64,000 nt of DNA, from the NCBI GenBank assembly GCA_002632325.1, contig NSJK01000003.1, positions 37,957 through 101,956 of the forward strand, given 5' to 3'. Within the stretch, counting starts at the first letter, position 1. Each line of letters begins with the position of its first letter. Under the pieces are notes generated by a model. The model was not told the DNA's origin and did not search any database. It worked only from the letters and a program-made list of their open reading frames with translations. Below are positions 27,857-37,505 of the stretch, one piece after another. This DNA is from Lysobacterales bacterium (GTDB lineage: Bacteria > Pseudomonadota > Gammaproteobacteria > Xanthomonadales > Rhodanobacteraceae). The position numbers were made by a program, and so were the translations under genes.

Positions 27857-29734
27857 TCATTTCTGGATCGAGTATTCGGGCGAAGTGAGGATCAGGTACA
27901 GCGCCTCGTGAACGCGGGCGAGACCCAGATTGTCGTAGTCAGCCGGCAGCATCTGGTTCAGGCGCGTCACCAACACCTCACGCATGAACGGCGACATCTG
28001 CCCGCTCATCAGCAGCAGGTTGTAGCGATCGATCAATCCCGCAGGATTGCCTTCGGCGATGACTGCATCGGCATCCTGATCCATCAGCAGCACACCCGGA
28101 TCGTCGGTGCCCCAGCAAGACTGGTTGTTGGTGTGGTTGCAGAAGACTTCCCAGAACAGCATGTTGGCAAGGCTGGTGGTGGTCGTGTCGGTGAGAATCT
28201 GGAACTCCGGACCCACCAGACCGGCTGCGCGCATCTCGCCCGATGGCGCAAAGTCGGGCTTGAAGAAATTGAACACCGTCGGCGACTGCAGCGGCGACTG
28301 GCCGATCATGTCGACCAGCGGCGGCCAGGTGTTGAGGCTGCGGATGCGGTTGTTGCGAACCGCGTTGCCGGCCGGTGTACGCGCATGCAGCGCACGCCAG
28401 ATCTGGGTGAGCTTGAGCAAGGGTTCGCGCAACTTGCCGTAGGTGGCGTAGCGCTGCCAATGGCCGGCGCGCGCCTCGGGGTCGAGCAGGATCGCGCGTA
28501 CCACCGCGCGCAGGTTGCCGCGCACGTGCGCGCTGCTGCCATCGTCATTGAACACCTGGGCCACGCGCTGCACGTACGCCGGTGAAGGATTGCTGGTGAC
28601 CAGACGCTGGATCAGCTGCTTGCCGATGAAAGGCCCGACGTTGGGATGATGGAAAATGTTGTCGAGCGCCTGCGTCAACTCGGCCTGCGCTGCGCCGGGC
28701 GGCAACACGCCACCGGCCAGCGCCACGCCCGGATAGTCGAGCAACTGCTTGCTCGCGGTGTTGTCATGCCAGACCTCGACCGGCTGCATCGGCAACTGCC
28801 ATTCGGGATCTTCGGCCTCGCTCGGACCGCACCAGAAATACTGATCCTCGTTGTCGGGGTTGTGACAGCACAGCGGCACGCCATCCTGATACTCGACGCT
28901 GCAACCGAAGGAATTGAAGTTCCAGCCCGTGAACACCGCCGCGAAGCCGCGCACCGAGGCCTGGTCATAGGTCGGAATCGGCTGCCCGCCCAAGAGTTTG
29001 GGCGTGCCATCCAGATTGAGCTGCACCAGCCCGATCGAGAACAGCTGATTGATCTCGCGCGCATAGTTCTCGTCGGGATGGATGTTGGCGTCGGCATTGG
29101 CCTTCTGGTTCTGGATCGAACTCAGGAACACGCCCATCGCCGGATGCTTGGTGACGTCTTCAAGCAGGCTGCGGTAATTGCCGAAGGCATCATCGACCAG
29201 CATGTCGTAGTAGCTCGCCAACGCCCACGGCTGCCCAGCCAGCGTGCCGTTGCTGTTGGAGACGACGAAGATCTCGCTGAGCGCAAAGGCCACGCGCTGG
29301 CGCAACTGATCGGTCGGCACGGCACCGCTGCGACTGGGGTCAGGCCGGCCCAGGGCATTGATTGCCCAGATTTCCGAACGCGTGCCGGTCCATTCGGCAA
29401 CCACGTTGCAGTACTCGTCATCAACCGGACAGGACAGTTGCATGACCCAATCCAGATACGGCGCCTGCAGCGAAGCCGGTCTGGCGAATTGCTCGTTGAG
29501 CCAGCCGTCGTAGCCGACCACGCGCAAATGCGCGATTTCGGCATCGGTCGCGCCGAAGCTCGCCTGCGTGAGAAAGCGCGCCGCATCCGCATCGCTGGTC
29601 GGACTCCCGGACAGTGCCTCGAAACCACTGCGAAAGACCTGATCCGGGAAATGGCTCTGCGCCCGAACCGGGCTCATGCCGCCCAAGCTGCCTGCCGCCA
29701 GGATTGCCGTGCACCACATTGCCGCAATACGCAT
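27857..29734 (-). CDS. DUF1800 family protein
   Basis: In frame within ORF 27857..30136. ATG 29734 gives MRIAAMWCTAILAAGSLGGMSPVRAQ (signal peptide), then DAARFLTQASFGAT.. and ..HPAMGVFLSSIQNQK.. typical of DUF1800. The longer track ORF would overlap the ATL gene. Confidence 0.8.
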   Translation of the reverse strand: MRIAAMWCTAILAAGSLGGMSPVRAQSHFPDQVFRSGFEALSGSPTSDADAARFLTQASFGATDAEIAHLRVVGYDGWLNEQFARPASLQAPYLDWVMQLSCPVDDEYCNVVAEWTGTRSEIWAINALGRPDPSRSGAVPTDQLRQRVAFALSEIFVVSNSNGTLAGQPWALASYYDMLVDDAFGNYRSLLEDVTKHPAMGVFLSSIQNQKANADANIHPDENYAREINQLFSIGLVQLNLDGTPKLLGGQPIPTYDQASVRGFAAVFTGWNFNSFGCSVEYQDGVPLCCHNPDNEDQYFWCGPSEAEDPEWQLPMQPVEVWHDNTASKQLLDYPGVALAGGVLPPGAAQAELTQALDNIFHHPNVGPFIGKQLIQRLVTSNPSPAYVQRVAQVFNDDGSSAHVRGNLRAVVRAILLDPEARAGHWQRYATYGKLREPLLKLTQIWRALHARTPAGNAVRNNRIRSLNTWPPLVDMIGQSPLQSPTVFNFFKPDFAPSGEMRAAGLVGPEFQILTDTTTTSLANMLFWEVFCNHTNNQSCWGTDDPGVLLMDQDADAVIAEGNPAGLIDRYNLLLMSGQMSPFMREVLVTRLNQMLPADYDNLGLARVHEALYLILTSPEYSIQK

Positions 29735-29804
29735 CGCTGGCCTCCCGATTCGCCGAGCGTTGGGAGATCCTACGGCAATGCGCTGATCGCTGGAACGCCA
29801 AGAC

Positions 29805-30227
29805 TCACGTTTTCTGCGTTCGTGCGCGTGGATTCCTGTGACCGGCTCCGCAACTTCGCGAAGACGCCGACTTGGCCGGGGGCGCCCACAACAGGCGATC
29901 CAGATCGTGATCCCAACCGTACACATCGAGATCGACACGGCCATTGCGCACCAGCACCCCCTCGGCGGCGAGCTTGCGCACCTGCTCCCGGAATTCGCGA
30001 CTGCCGGATGGAAAGGCGATGCGCCCACCCGCGCGCAGCACCCGCTGCCACGGCAGACCTTCGCTTTGCGGCTGGCCCAGCACCCGCCCGACCAGCCGCG
30101 CGCGACCGGGCAAGCCCGCGCGGCGAGCCACTTCACCGTAGCTGGCGACGTGTCCCGGCGGAATTGCGCCGATCACCGCGCGAATCGCCGCGTGGGCCGC
30201 TTCGGCATTGTCGCGCGCTGACTTCAT
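29805..30227 (-). CDS. Alkyltransferase-like (ATL) protein, MGMT DNA-binding domain with Trp in place of the acceptor Cys
   Basis: ORF 29805..30227. IPPGHVASYGEVARRAGLPGRARLVGRVL.. then LPWQRVL where MGMT has PCHRV. Confidence 0.75.
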   Translation of the reverse strand: MKSARDNAEAAHAAIRAVIGAIPPGHVASYGEVARRAGLPGRARLVGRVLGQPQSEGLPWQRVLRAGGRIAFPSGSREFREQVRKLAAEGVLVRNGRVDLDVYGWDHDLDRLLWAPPAKSASSRSCGAGHRNPRARTQKT

Positions 30228-30275
30228 CGGGCGTCCACGCTAGCATACGCGGCCAATGCCAAGCGGAGTTCCGGC

Positions 30276-30680
30276 GTGCAGAGTTTCGAGCAAATCCGAT
30301 CCCATCTCGGTGCGGCGTACACGCTAAAGACCAATGACCCCTACCTCATAAGCTTCGATCTCACCTTGAGTGAGCGACGCCATCAGGGCATCTATCTGAC
30401 CGAACTGGAAGCTGAAGGCGACCAGCGCGTGGTGCGTATTTCCACACCGCTTGGGCCGCTCACCGGAATCGATGCGACGCGCTGTCTGCGCTTCAACTGG
30501 GAACAGCGGCTGGGCTACCTCGCAGTAAGCGACCTCGAAGGATCGCCCTATTTGCATCTGTGCGAGAACCGTCCCTACGGCCAATTCGATCACCTCGAAC
30601 TGGATCGCCTGATCGCCGAGATTGGCGCGCTCGGCGACCACCTCGAACACGCGATCTCCAACGGTGGTGACCTGTTCTAG
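30276..30680 (+). CDS. Hypothetical cytoplasmic protein (possibly YbjN/T3SS-chaperone-like fold)
   Basis: ORF 30276..30680 (GTG start, GGAG 8 nt upstream). No signal peptide. No confident family assignment. Confidence 0.5.
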   Translation: MQSFEQIRSHLGAAYTLKTNDPYLISFDLTLSERRHQGIYLTELEAEGDQRVVRISTPLGPLTGIDATRCLRFNWEQRLGYLAVSDLEGSPYLHLCENRPYGQFDHLELDRLIAEIGALGDHLEHAISNGGDLF

Positions 30681-30690
30681 GACGGCGTGC

Positions 30691-31824
30691 TCAAACGGGC
30701 AACCCGAGCGCGCGTGCGGCGCGCACCAGTGACCACGCCACGATGGCAGTCACGGGCAAGGTGAGGATCCAGGCCCAGACCATGCGCTCGACGATGGTCC
30801 AGCGGATCGCGTTGAACCGCTTGGCCACGCCCACGCCGAGAATCGCCGACGAGATGTTGTGCGTGGTCGACACCGGCAGGCCGAAATGCGAAGAAACCAT
30901 GATCACCGATGCCGCTGCGCTCTCCGCAGCAAAGCCGTTGATCGGGTGCAGCTTGACCATCTTGTGGCCCAGCGTCTTGATGATGCGCCAGCCGCCGGCT
31001 GCGGTACCGGCCGCCATCACCAGCGCGCAAAGAATCTTGATCCACATTGCAATTTCGAACTTGTGCCCGGTGGTCTCGTGGATGCGCAGAAAATCCAGCC
31101 ACGCCGGCAAATCGTCAAACGTGCCTGCGGTGGTCGCGCCGGCCAGCGCGAGCGCGATGATGCCCATGGTCTTCTGCGCATCGTTCATGCCGTGCGAGAG
31201 CCCCATCACCGCGGCTGATCCCAATTGCGCCTTGCCAAACACCGCGTTCACGAACGGCGTGCGCCCGAGGCGATGCAGCCAACCCTTGCGCGAGCCGAGA
31301 AATTCGATCAGCGAGAACAGCACGCCCATCAGCAGCAGGCCGAGGATGAAGCCCGCCAGCGGCGAGGTCACCATCGGCACCACCACCTTTGGGATCACGC
31401 CCTTCTCGCCCCACCAGTGGCTGCCGCCCTGCGCCCAGATGATCGCGTTCCAATTGTTGCTGGCCGCCGCAAAGGCCGCGCCGCACAGACCACCGACCAA
31501 GGCGTGCGAAGAACTCGAGGGCAGACCCCACCACCAGGTGATGAGGTTCCAGATCACCGCGCCGAGCAACGCGCAGATCAGCACGATCGGCGTGACCGTG
31601 ACCAGTTGGGTATCGATGAGTCCTGCTGCGATGGTCTTGGCCACCGCGGTACCCATCAACGCCCCGATCAAATTGGTCGAGGCCGCGAGCAGCACCGCCT
31701 GGCCCGGGCTGAGCACCTTGGTCGCCACCACCGTGGCGATCGAGTTGGCGGTGTCGTGAAAACCGTTGATGTACTCGAACGCGAGCGCGATGAGGACGAC
31801 CAGCAGGACGAGCGTCAGGGCCAT
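30691..31824 (-). CDS. Inorganic phosphate transporter, PiT family
   Basis: In frame within ORF 30691..31887. ATG 31824 gives MALTLVLLVVLIALAFEYINGFHDTANSIATVV. Second GxHDAQKT-type motif (SHGMNDAQKTMGII). Confidence 0.9.
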   Translation of the reverse strand: MALTLVLLVVLIALAFEYINGFHDTANSIATVVATKVLSPGQAVLLAASTNLIGALMGTAVAKTIAAGLIDTQLVTVTPIVLICALLGAVIWNLITWWWGLPSSSSHALVGGLCGAAFAAASNNWNAIIWAQGGSHWWGEKGVIPKVVVPMVTSPLAGFILGLLLMGVLFSLIEFLGSRKGWLHRLGRTPFVNAVFGKAQLGSAAVMGLSHGMNDAQKTMGIIALALAGATTAGTFDDLPAWLDFLRIHETTGHKFEIAMWIKILCALVMAAGTAAGGWRIIKTLGHKMVKLHPINGFAAESAAASVIMVSSHFGLPVSTTHNISSAILGVGVAKRFNAIRWTIVERMVWAWILTLPVTAIVAWSLVRAARALGLPV

Positions 31825-31843
31825 GGGCGAGGCTCGCGTCGGG

Positions 31844-32473
31844 TCAGGAATTCTTGAGCACGATCTGGAATACGACGTTGCCGGCATCGCGGCAGCGGTC
31901 GATGGCCTTCTCCAGCAACTCGAACAGGTCCTTGAGCAGGAGCACGCGCAATGGCTCGTGGCGACCGCCGTACAAGTCGCGGTACAGCTCGATCATGAGC
32001 CGATCGGCCTCGTTCTCGATCGCCTGCAGGCGATCGTTGAGCAGGCGCATCGCACTCACGTTCATGCCCTTGCGCAACTGGAACACCATGTCGCGAATCA
32101 CGCCGGCGGCGGTTTCCAGCAGGGCCGCGCGCGAGGCGAAATCGATGTCGGCAAGTCGCTCGGCGGCAAGCGAATAGCGTTCGGCGAACTTGGCGATCGA
32201 CTTGGTGATCTTGTTGAGCGCGGCGGCCAGCGCTTCGATGTCTTCGCGCTCGAGCGCGGTGACGAAGGTGTTGACCAGCTCGCGGTTGATCTCGGCGGTG
32301 AGATCCTTCTCGCGCTTGCGCGCGTGCATGAACTCGGCGAGCGTCGGCGTCTGCTGCGGCGTCTCGAACATGTGCACGAGCGCACTGGCCGCATCACGCG
32401 CCGCTTCGGCGCTGGCCTCGAGCAGGCCGTAGAACTTGTCGCCCTTGCCGAAAATCGTCTGCAACGAAAACAT
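31844..32473 (-). CDS. DUF47/TIGR00153 (PhoU-like) putative phosphate transport regulator
   Basis: In frame within ORF 31844..32563. ATG 32473 gives MFSLQTIFGKGDKFYGLLEASAEAA. Conserved pairing upstream of pit. Confidence 0.85.
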   Translation of the reverse strand: MFSLQTIFGKGDKFYGLLEASAEAARDAASALVHMFETPQQTPTLAEFMHARKREKDLTAEINRELVNTFVTALEREDIEALAAALNKITKSIAKFAERYSLAAERLADIDFASRAALLETAAGVIRDMVFQLRKGMNVSAMRLLNDRLQAIENEADRLMIELYRDLYGGRHEPLRVLLLKDLFELLEKAIDRCRDAGNVVFQIVLKNS

Positions 32474-32861
32474 GCATGCTCCAGAGATGGATGGTGGCAA
32501 CCCGCACAAGGCTGCAAGGCTTGAACGGGCACGCTCGGATCGGGCATGCGCCGTCCACCGCACTCGATGTGAGCCAATCTTTCCGATCGATGAGCGCGCC
32601 GGACCCGAGGTCCGTCGGCCGCGCGCATTCTAGCAGCCCACCGACCCGCATCTGCCTACGGGCGCGCTGGCACCTTCGCGCAAAGTCGGCGACATCCCGT
32701 CAAATCAATGACCTGCAGCCTTCCTGGCGTGATCACGTCCGAACGTCAATGGCCCGCCCTTGCGCCAGCCGAGCCGCGCCTGGCCGAACCCCGCGTGCGT
32801 CGGCGCAGTTGTTACACTCGGGAACACCTCGCAACCGGGATTGGGCCAGCTGCACCCCTGC

Positions 32862-34157
32862 ATGATCATCGAAATCCTCTTCGTCATCGTGCTGGCCCTC
32901 GCCAATGGCTTCTTCGCACTCAGCGAAATGGCGCTGATGACCGCGCGACAGAGCCGCCTCAAGCAATTGGCGCGCGACAGTCGCCGCGCGCAGATCGCAC
33001 TCGAACTCACGCGCCAGCCCGAGGACTTCCTCGCCACCGTGCAGGTCTTCATCACCCTGCTGCAGATCAGCGCGGGCGCAGCGCTGGGCGCACGCATCGG
33101 CGACCACATTGGCCGCGCGCTCGATGTACTCGACCTGCCGGGCCTGGATCCCTATGCCTTGGGCATCGGCGTCGCCTTCTCGATCGCCGGCATCACCTTC
33201 CTCAACATGCTGCTCGGCGAACTGGCGCCCAAGCGCATCGCCATCACCGACCCGGAGCGCTTTGCCATCGGCGTGGCAGTACCGATGCGCGCGATGACCT
33301 GGCTCGCGCGCCCGTTCGCCTTCGTGCTGATCCACGTCACCCATCTGCTGTTGCGGCTGCTGCGCATGGATGGTGCCCACCGTGCGCGCGTGAGCGAAGA
33401 GGAAATTCGCCTGCTGGTGGCGGAAAGCGCCGATCAGGGCGTGATCGACAGCGACGAGCGCAACATGGTCAATCGCGTGCTGCGTCTGGGCGACCGCAGT
33501 GTCGAAAGCCTGATGACGCCGCGCCCGCGCATTGCCTGGCTCGATGCCACCGCGACCATGGCGGAAAATCTCGCCCTGATGCGCGAGCGGCCGTTCTCGC
33601 GCTATCCGGTCTATCGCGGCGACGAGCGCGAGGTGCTCGGCGTGCTCGAGGTCAAGCGTGCGATCGGGCGCATCAAGGAACCTGCGAGCAGCGATTTGCT
33701 GACCCGCTTGCGCGCGCCGCTGTACGTGCCGGGCACGCTGCGCGCGCTCGACCTGCTCGAAGAATTTCGCGACGGCGAAACCACGCTGGCACTGGTGGTG
33801 GACGAATATGGCGACATCATCGGCCTGGCCACCCTCAATGACCTGCTCGGCGCCGTGGTCGGACGCGCGGCCACCTCCACCGCGCGCCGGCATGCGCAGC
33901 CAATCCGCCAGCGCGCCGACGGCAGTTGGCTGGTCGACGGCAGCCTCGGCGTCGATGATCTGCGCGAATTGCTGATGCTCGCGCGGCTGCCCGGCGAGGA
34001 CGATCACGACTTCAACACCGCCGCGGGCATGATGATGGCGCGCTGGGGCCGCATTCCACAGGAAGGCGAGCACTTCGATGCCTCGGGTTATCGCTTCGAG
34101 GTCGTCGATCTGGATGGTGCCCGCATCGACAAGATCCTCATCGCCCTACGCCCCTGA
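32862..34157 (+). CDS. Hemolysin-family/CNNM protein (DUF21 TM domain + CBS pair + CorC_HlyC)
   Basis: In frame within ORF 32760..34157. ATG 32862 gives [25 protein letters not shown]. ..GELAPKR.., ..MTPRPRI.., ..[23 protein letters not shown]... Confidence 0.85.
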   Translation: MIIEILFVIVLALANGFFALSEMALMTARQSRLKQLARDSRRAQIALELTRQPEDFLATVQVFITLLQISAGAALGARIGDHIGRALDVLDLPGLDPYALGIGVAFSIAGITFLNMLLGELAPKRIAITDPERFAIGVAVPMRAMTWLARPFAFVLIHVTHLLLRLLRMDGAHRARVSEEEIRLLVAESADQGVIDSDERNMVNRVLRLGDRSVESLMTPRPRIAWLDATATMAENLALMRERPFSRYPVYRGDEREVLGVLEVKRAIGRIKEPASSDLLTRLRAPLYVPGTLRALDLLEEFRDGETTLALVVDEYGDIIGLATLNDLLGAVVGRAATSTARRHAQPIRQRADGSWLVDGSLGVDDLRELLMLARLPGEDDHDFNTAAGMMMARWGRIPQEGEHFDASGYRFEVVDLDGARIDKILIALRP

Positions 34158-34182
34158 AGCGTGCCGCGCGATCTGTGCGCGC

Positions 34183-34980
34183 TCAGTTTTCGCCCGCCCT
34201 TCCCAGCTGCGCGCCCGCGAGCCGGGCCATGCGCATCGCATCGGCGCAGATGCCATGCAGCACACGCACTTCACGTTGATCGAGTTCGGCGCGCAGGAAA
34301 ACGCGGCGCAGGCGCTGCAGAATCATCTCGGGCGAGCGCCCCTTGTGGAAATCGATCGCATCGAGCGTACGCGCGAGATGCTCGAACAGGGCATCGAGCT
34401 GGGCGGCATCGGCCGGCAGGTCGCGGGATGCGGTCAGCGTGGGCGCCCCCGCACGCGCCAGCCAAGCCTCGCGGATTTCCCAGGCAACCACTTGCACGGC
34501 CTGGGCGAGATTGAGCGAACCGTAGTCCGGGTCGGTCGGTATCGTGATCGCGGCATGGCAGTGCTGGATTTCCTCGTTGCTCAGACCCGATTGCTCGTTG
34601 CCGAACAGCAGCGCCACCTGCTGACCTGCAAGACTCGCCTCGAGCACACGCTGCGCAGCCGCGCGAGGATCGAGCTCATCGAGTTCGACACCGCGCCGCC
34701 GTGCAGTCGCTCCGAGCACGAGATGGCAATCGGCGAGTGCCGGCGCGAGGCTCGCATGTACCTGCGCCCGTTCCAGCACCTCGGCCGCACCGGCCGCGAG
34801 TGCCGTGGCCTGCTCATGGGGGAAGATCTGCGGCGAAACCAGCACGAGGCGCCGCAAGCCCATCGTGCGCAAGGCGCGTGCCGCCGAGCCGATGTTGCCC
34901 GGATGCGAGGTGTTGGCGAGCACGCAACGGATGCGCGCCAAGGCGTCGGCGACGGACGTCATCGAATCTCCCGAGGTCAT
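34183..34980 (-). CDS. trmJ: tRNA (cytidine/uridine-2'-O-)-methyltransferase TrmJ (SpoU/TrmH class)
   Basis: ORF 34183..34980. [54 protein letters not shown]. Divergent from suhB, as in other gammaproteobacteria. Confidence 0.85.
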   Translation of the reverse strand: MTSGDSMTSVADALARIRCVLANTSHPGNIGSAARALRTMGLRRLVLVSPQIFPHEQATALAAGAAEVLERAQVHASLAPALADCHLVLGATARRRGVELDELDPRAAAQRVLEASLAGQQVALLFGNEQSGLSNEEIQHCHAAITIPTDPDYGSLNLAQAVQVVAWEIREAWLARAGAPTLTASRDLPADAAQLDALFEHLARTLDAIDFHKGRSPEMILQRLRRVFLRAELDQREVRVLHGICADAMRMARLAGAQLGRAGEN

Positions 34981-35085
34981 TGCGGCAATCGTCGCGTTTG
35001 GTGCTGGCGGTGCGATCTGCTAGGCTCGCGCGCCGTCGCGGTCGATCCGCGCCACGTTCTTTTCCACTTCGTCCAGCCTACGAAC

Positions 35086-35886
35086 ATGCCCAGACCCGCC
35101 GTCAACGTGGCGGTGCGCGCCGCGCGCGCCGCCGGCCAGATCATCCTGCGCTACATGAATCGCCTGGACAGTCTGGAAGTGATCGAGAAGCAGCGGCACG
35201 ACTACGTTTCCGAAGTCGACAAGCTCGCCGAAGCCGAAATCATACGCGAACTGCGCCGCGCCTATCCGCGCGATGCGATCCTCGGCGAGGAATCCGGCCA
35301 GATCGGCAAGTCGCGCAATGTCTGGACCATCGATCCGCTCGACGGCACCCACAACTACCTGCGCGGTTTCCCGCATTTCTGCGTCTCGATCGCCTTGGTC
35401 GAAGCGGGCGAACCCGTGGTCGGCGTGATCTACGATCCGCTGCGCGATGAACTGTTCACCGCCAGCAAGGGCGATGGCGCCTTCCTAAACGACCGTCGCA
35501 TGCGCGTGGGCAAGCGCGAATCGCTCGCCGGTGCCCTGCTCATCACCGGATTTCCCTATCGCCAGCGCCGTCATCTGGATGCGCAACTGGCAATGACGCG
35601 CGTGCTGCTGGAAACGGCCGAGGACATCCGCCGCACCGGTTCGGCGGCGCTCGACCTGGCCTATGTCGCGGCCGGCCGCGCCGATGGCTATTTCGAGACC
35701 GGACTGTATGCCTGGGACATGGCGGCCGGTTGCCTGCTCGTGCGCGAAGCCGGTGGTCGCTACTGCGATTTCACCGGGCGTGACGGCATCCCGACCTCGG
35801 GCAACCTCGTCGCCGGCAATGTCGCGGTCGCCAACGCCTTGGTCAAGACGATCGCGCCGCAGCTCACGCCCGCGCTCGCGCTGTGA
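35086..35886 (+). CDS. suhB: Inositol monophosphatase family protein SuhB
   Basis: In frame within ORF 34078..35886. ATG 35086 gives [17 protein letters not shown]. ..GEESG.., [12 protein letters not shown], ..WDMAAG... Confidence 0.9.
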   Translation: MPRPAVNVAVRAARAAGQIILRYMNRLDSLEVIEKQRHDYVSEVDKLAEAEIIRELRRAYPRDAILGEESGQIGKSRNVWTIDPLDGTHNYLRGFPHFCVSIALVEAGEPVVGVIYDPLRDELFTASKGDGAFLNDRRMRVGKRESLAGALLITGFPYRQRRHLDAQLAMTRVLLETAEDIRRTGSAALDLAYVAAGRADGYFETGLYAWDMAAGCLLVREAGGRYCDFTGRDGIPTSGNLVAGNVAVANALVKTIAPQLTPALAL

Positions 35887-36020
35887 TCGCGCACGGGCGC
35901 CACACGGGCTGCCTGACTCCCTGAATCCCTGCGACCACTCGCTGGACGGCTGACCGTTTGCGCGCCTGCGGCCGCATCGGCATCGGCCGTCGCACGGATT
36001 GGGTGCAATCATCGAAGCAG

Positions 36021-36050
36021 AAAAAAAGCCCGGCTTGCGCCGGGCTTTTT
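36021..36050. terminator. Bidirectional rho-independent terminator between suhB and the ompA-family gene
   Basis: aaaaaaa-gcccggc-ttgc-gccgggc-ttttt: a GC stem flanked by A- and T-runs. Confidence 0.85.
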
Positions 36051-36076
36051 CGTACTGCTTTGCGATACGTCCGTGC

Positions 36077-37267
36077 TTACGGGTTCTCGACCTTCAGCTC
36101 GGTGCGGCGGTTGCGCGCACGGCCTTCCTTGGTCGAATTGCTGTCGATCGGGTTCGACTCGCCGAAGCCCTTGACCGCGGTGATGCGGTCGGCGCTCACG
36201 CCATGCGAGGTCAGGTACTCGGACACGATCTGCGCACGACGCTCGGACAGGCCCTGGTTGTACTCTTCGGTACCGATCGAGTCGGTGTAGCCGTCGAGTT
36301 CGACCTTGATCTGCGGGTAGCGGTTGAGGGCATCGATCGCCTGATCGAGGATTGCGATCGAGTCGGCAGTCGGCACGGCCAGCGTCGGCTCGATGTTGCT
36401 CTCACCCTTCTTCGGACGGTCGAACTTGAAGTTCACGCCGCGCAGGTCGATGACGACCTTCTGCAGGCAACCATCCGGACCGACGATGGTGCCGGCCGGC
36501 GTATCCGCGCAGCGGTCATCGCAGTTGTTGACGCCATCATGGTCGTCATCGAGCGAGTGGCAATCGGGGGCCGGCGGGGTGACCGCAGGCTGCGCCGGCG
36601 GCGGTGCAGCGTGTTCGCCGAAGCTGTAGACCAAGCCAACGCTGAGGATCGCGTCGATGTAACCCTTCTTGTGGGTCGGATGGAACGCCACGCCACCGAA
36701 GCCGATCGGCAGTGCGTCGGAGGTTGCACCGCGGGTGTTGTCATCGCGGTCATAACGGGCAGCGAGTTCGCCGCGCAGGGCGAGACGCTCGGACATGTTG
36801 TACTGAACGCCGCCGCCGATGGTGGCCATCGGATCCCAGCCGTTCGCATTGGTCGTCACGCGACCATAGGGAGGATAGGCGCTGAGGCTGCCCGAGTAGG
36901 CGGTATGGCGCTGGGCGCCAACGCCGGCCATCACGTACGGACGCCACTGCGAGCCTTCGTCACCGAAGAACCAGCGTGCGCTCACGCCGAAGGTGACGCT
37001 TTCCCACTCGTGGCCAGGGCGCCAGGAGCTGTTCTTGAAGCTGGCATTGTTGATGCCGTATTCGAAATCGACGGCAAGGTTCGGGTTGACCCACACGCCC
37101 GCGCCGAAGCCGGCCCACACCGAAGTGTCGGTATCGCGGTTGCTGTCGGGGATCGCCGCACCGATGCGCGGGGCGATGTACCAGTTGCCCAGATCCTGGG
37201 CCTGGGCCACGGCACCACCACCGAGCAGTGACAGGGCAATGAGCGCACTAAGGGCATTACGTTTCAT
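36077..37267 (-). CDS. OmpA-family outer membrane protein (beta-barrel + TSP3-type Ca-binding linker + OmpA_C peptidoglycan-binding domain)
   Basis: ORF 36077..37267. Signal peptide MKRNALSALIALSLLGGGAVAQA. Linker DDDHDGVNNCDDRCADTP. C-terminal ..LDGYTDSIGTEEYNQGLSERRAQIV...NRRTEL. Confidence 0.9.
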   Translation of the reverse strand: MKRNALSALIALSLLGGGAVAQAQDLGNWYIAPRIGAAIPDSNRDTDTSVWAGFGAGVWVNPNLAVDFEYGINNASFKNSSWRPGHEWESVTFGVSARWFFGDEGSQWRPYVMAGVGAQRHTAYSGSLSAYPPYGRVTTNANGWDPMATIGGGVQYNMSERLALRGELAARYDRDDNTRGATSDALPIGFGGVAFHPTHKKGYIDAILSVGLVYSFGEHAAPPPAQPAVTPPAPDCHSLDDDHDGVNNCDDRCADTPAGTIVGPDGCLQKVVIDLRGVNFKFDRPKKGESNIEPTLAVPTADSIAILDQAIDALNRYPQIKVELDGYTDSIGTEEYNQGLSERRAQIVSEYLTSHGVSADRITAVKGFGESNPIDSNSTKEGRARNRRTELKVENP

Positions 37268-37505
37268 GCTGGAGGACTCCTCTCTCGTTATTGATCCGGA
37301 CGCCAGCCCTCATCGCTGGACGCAGGTCACTCGGGTACTTGCTTGGGCAGTATACGCCAGAACGACAGCTGAAAAACAATCGTTTAACATTTTTCCACCC
37401 GTACGACCGGCCACATTCTAGTGTCGACCGACTTTCCACGGCACCCTGATGTGAGGATCTCGTTAAGGCACCGCTTAGCATTCGTCTGAGCGGCGACGCA
37501 AGTCC

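Noticed and set aside
27857-30136. 759-aa version of the DUF1800 ORF
   Set aside because: The first ~134 codons overlap the ATL gene region in another frame and lack similarity. A signal peptide begins at ATG 29734.
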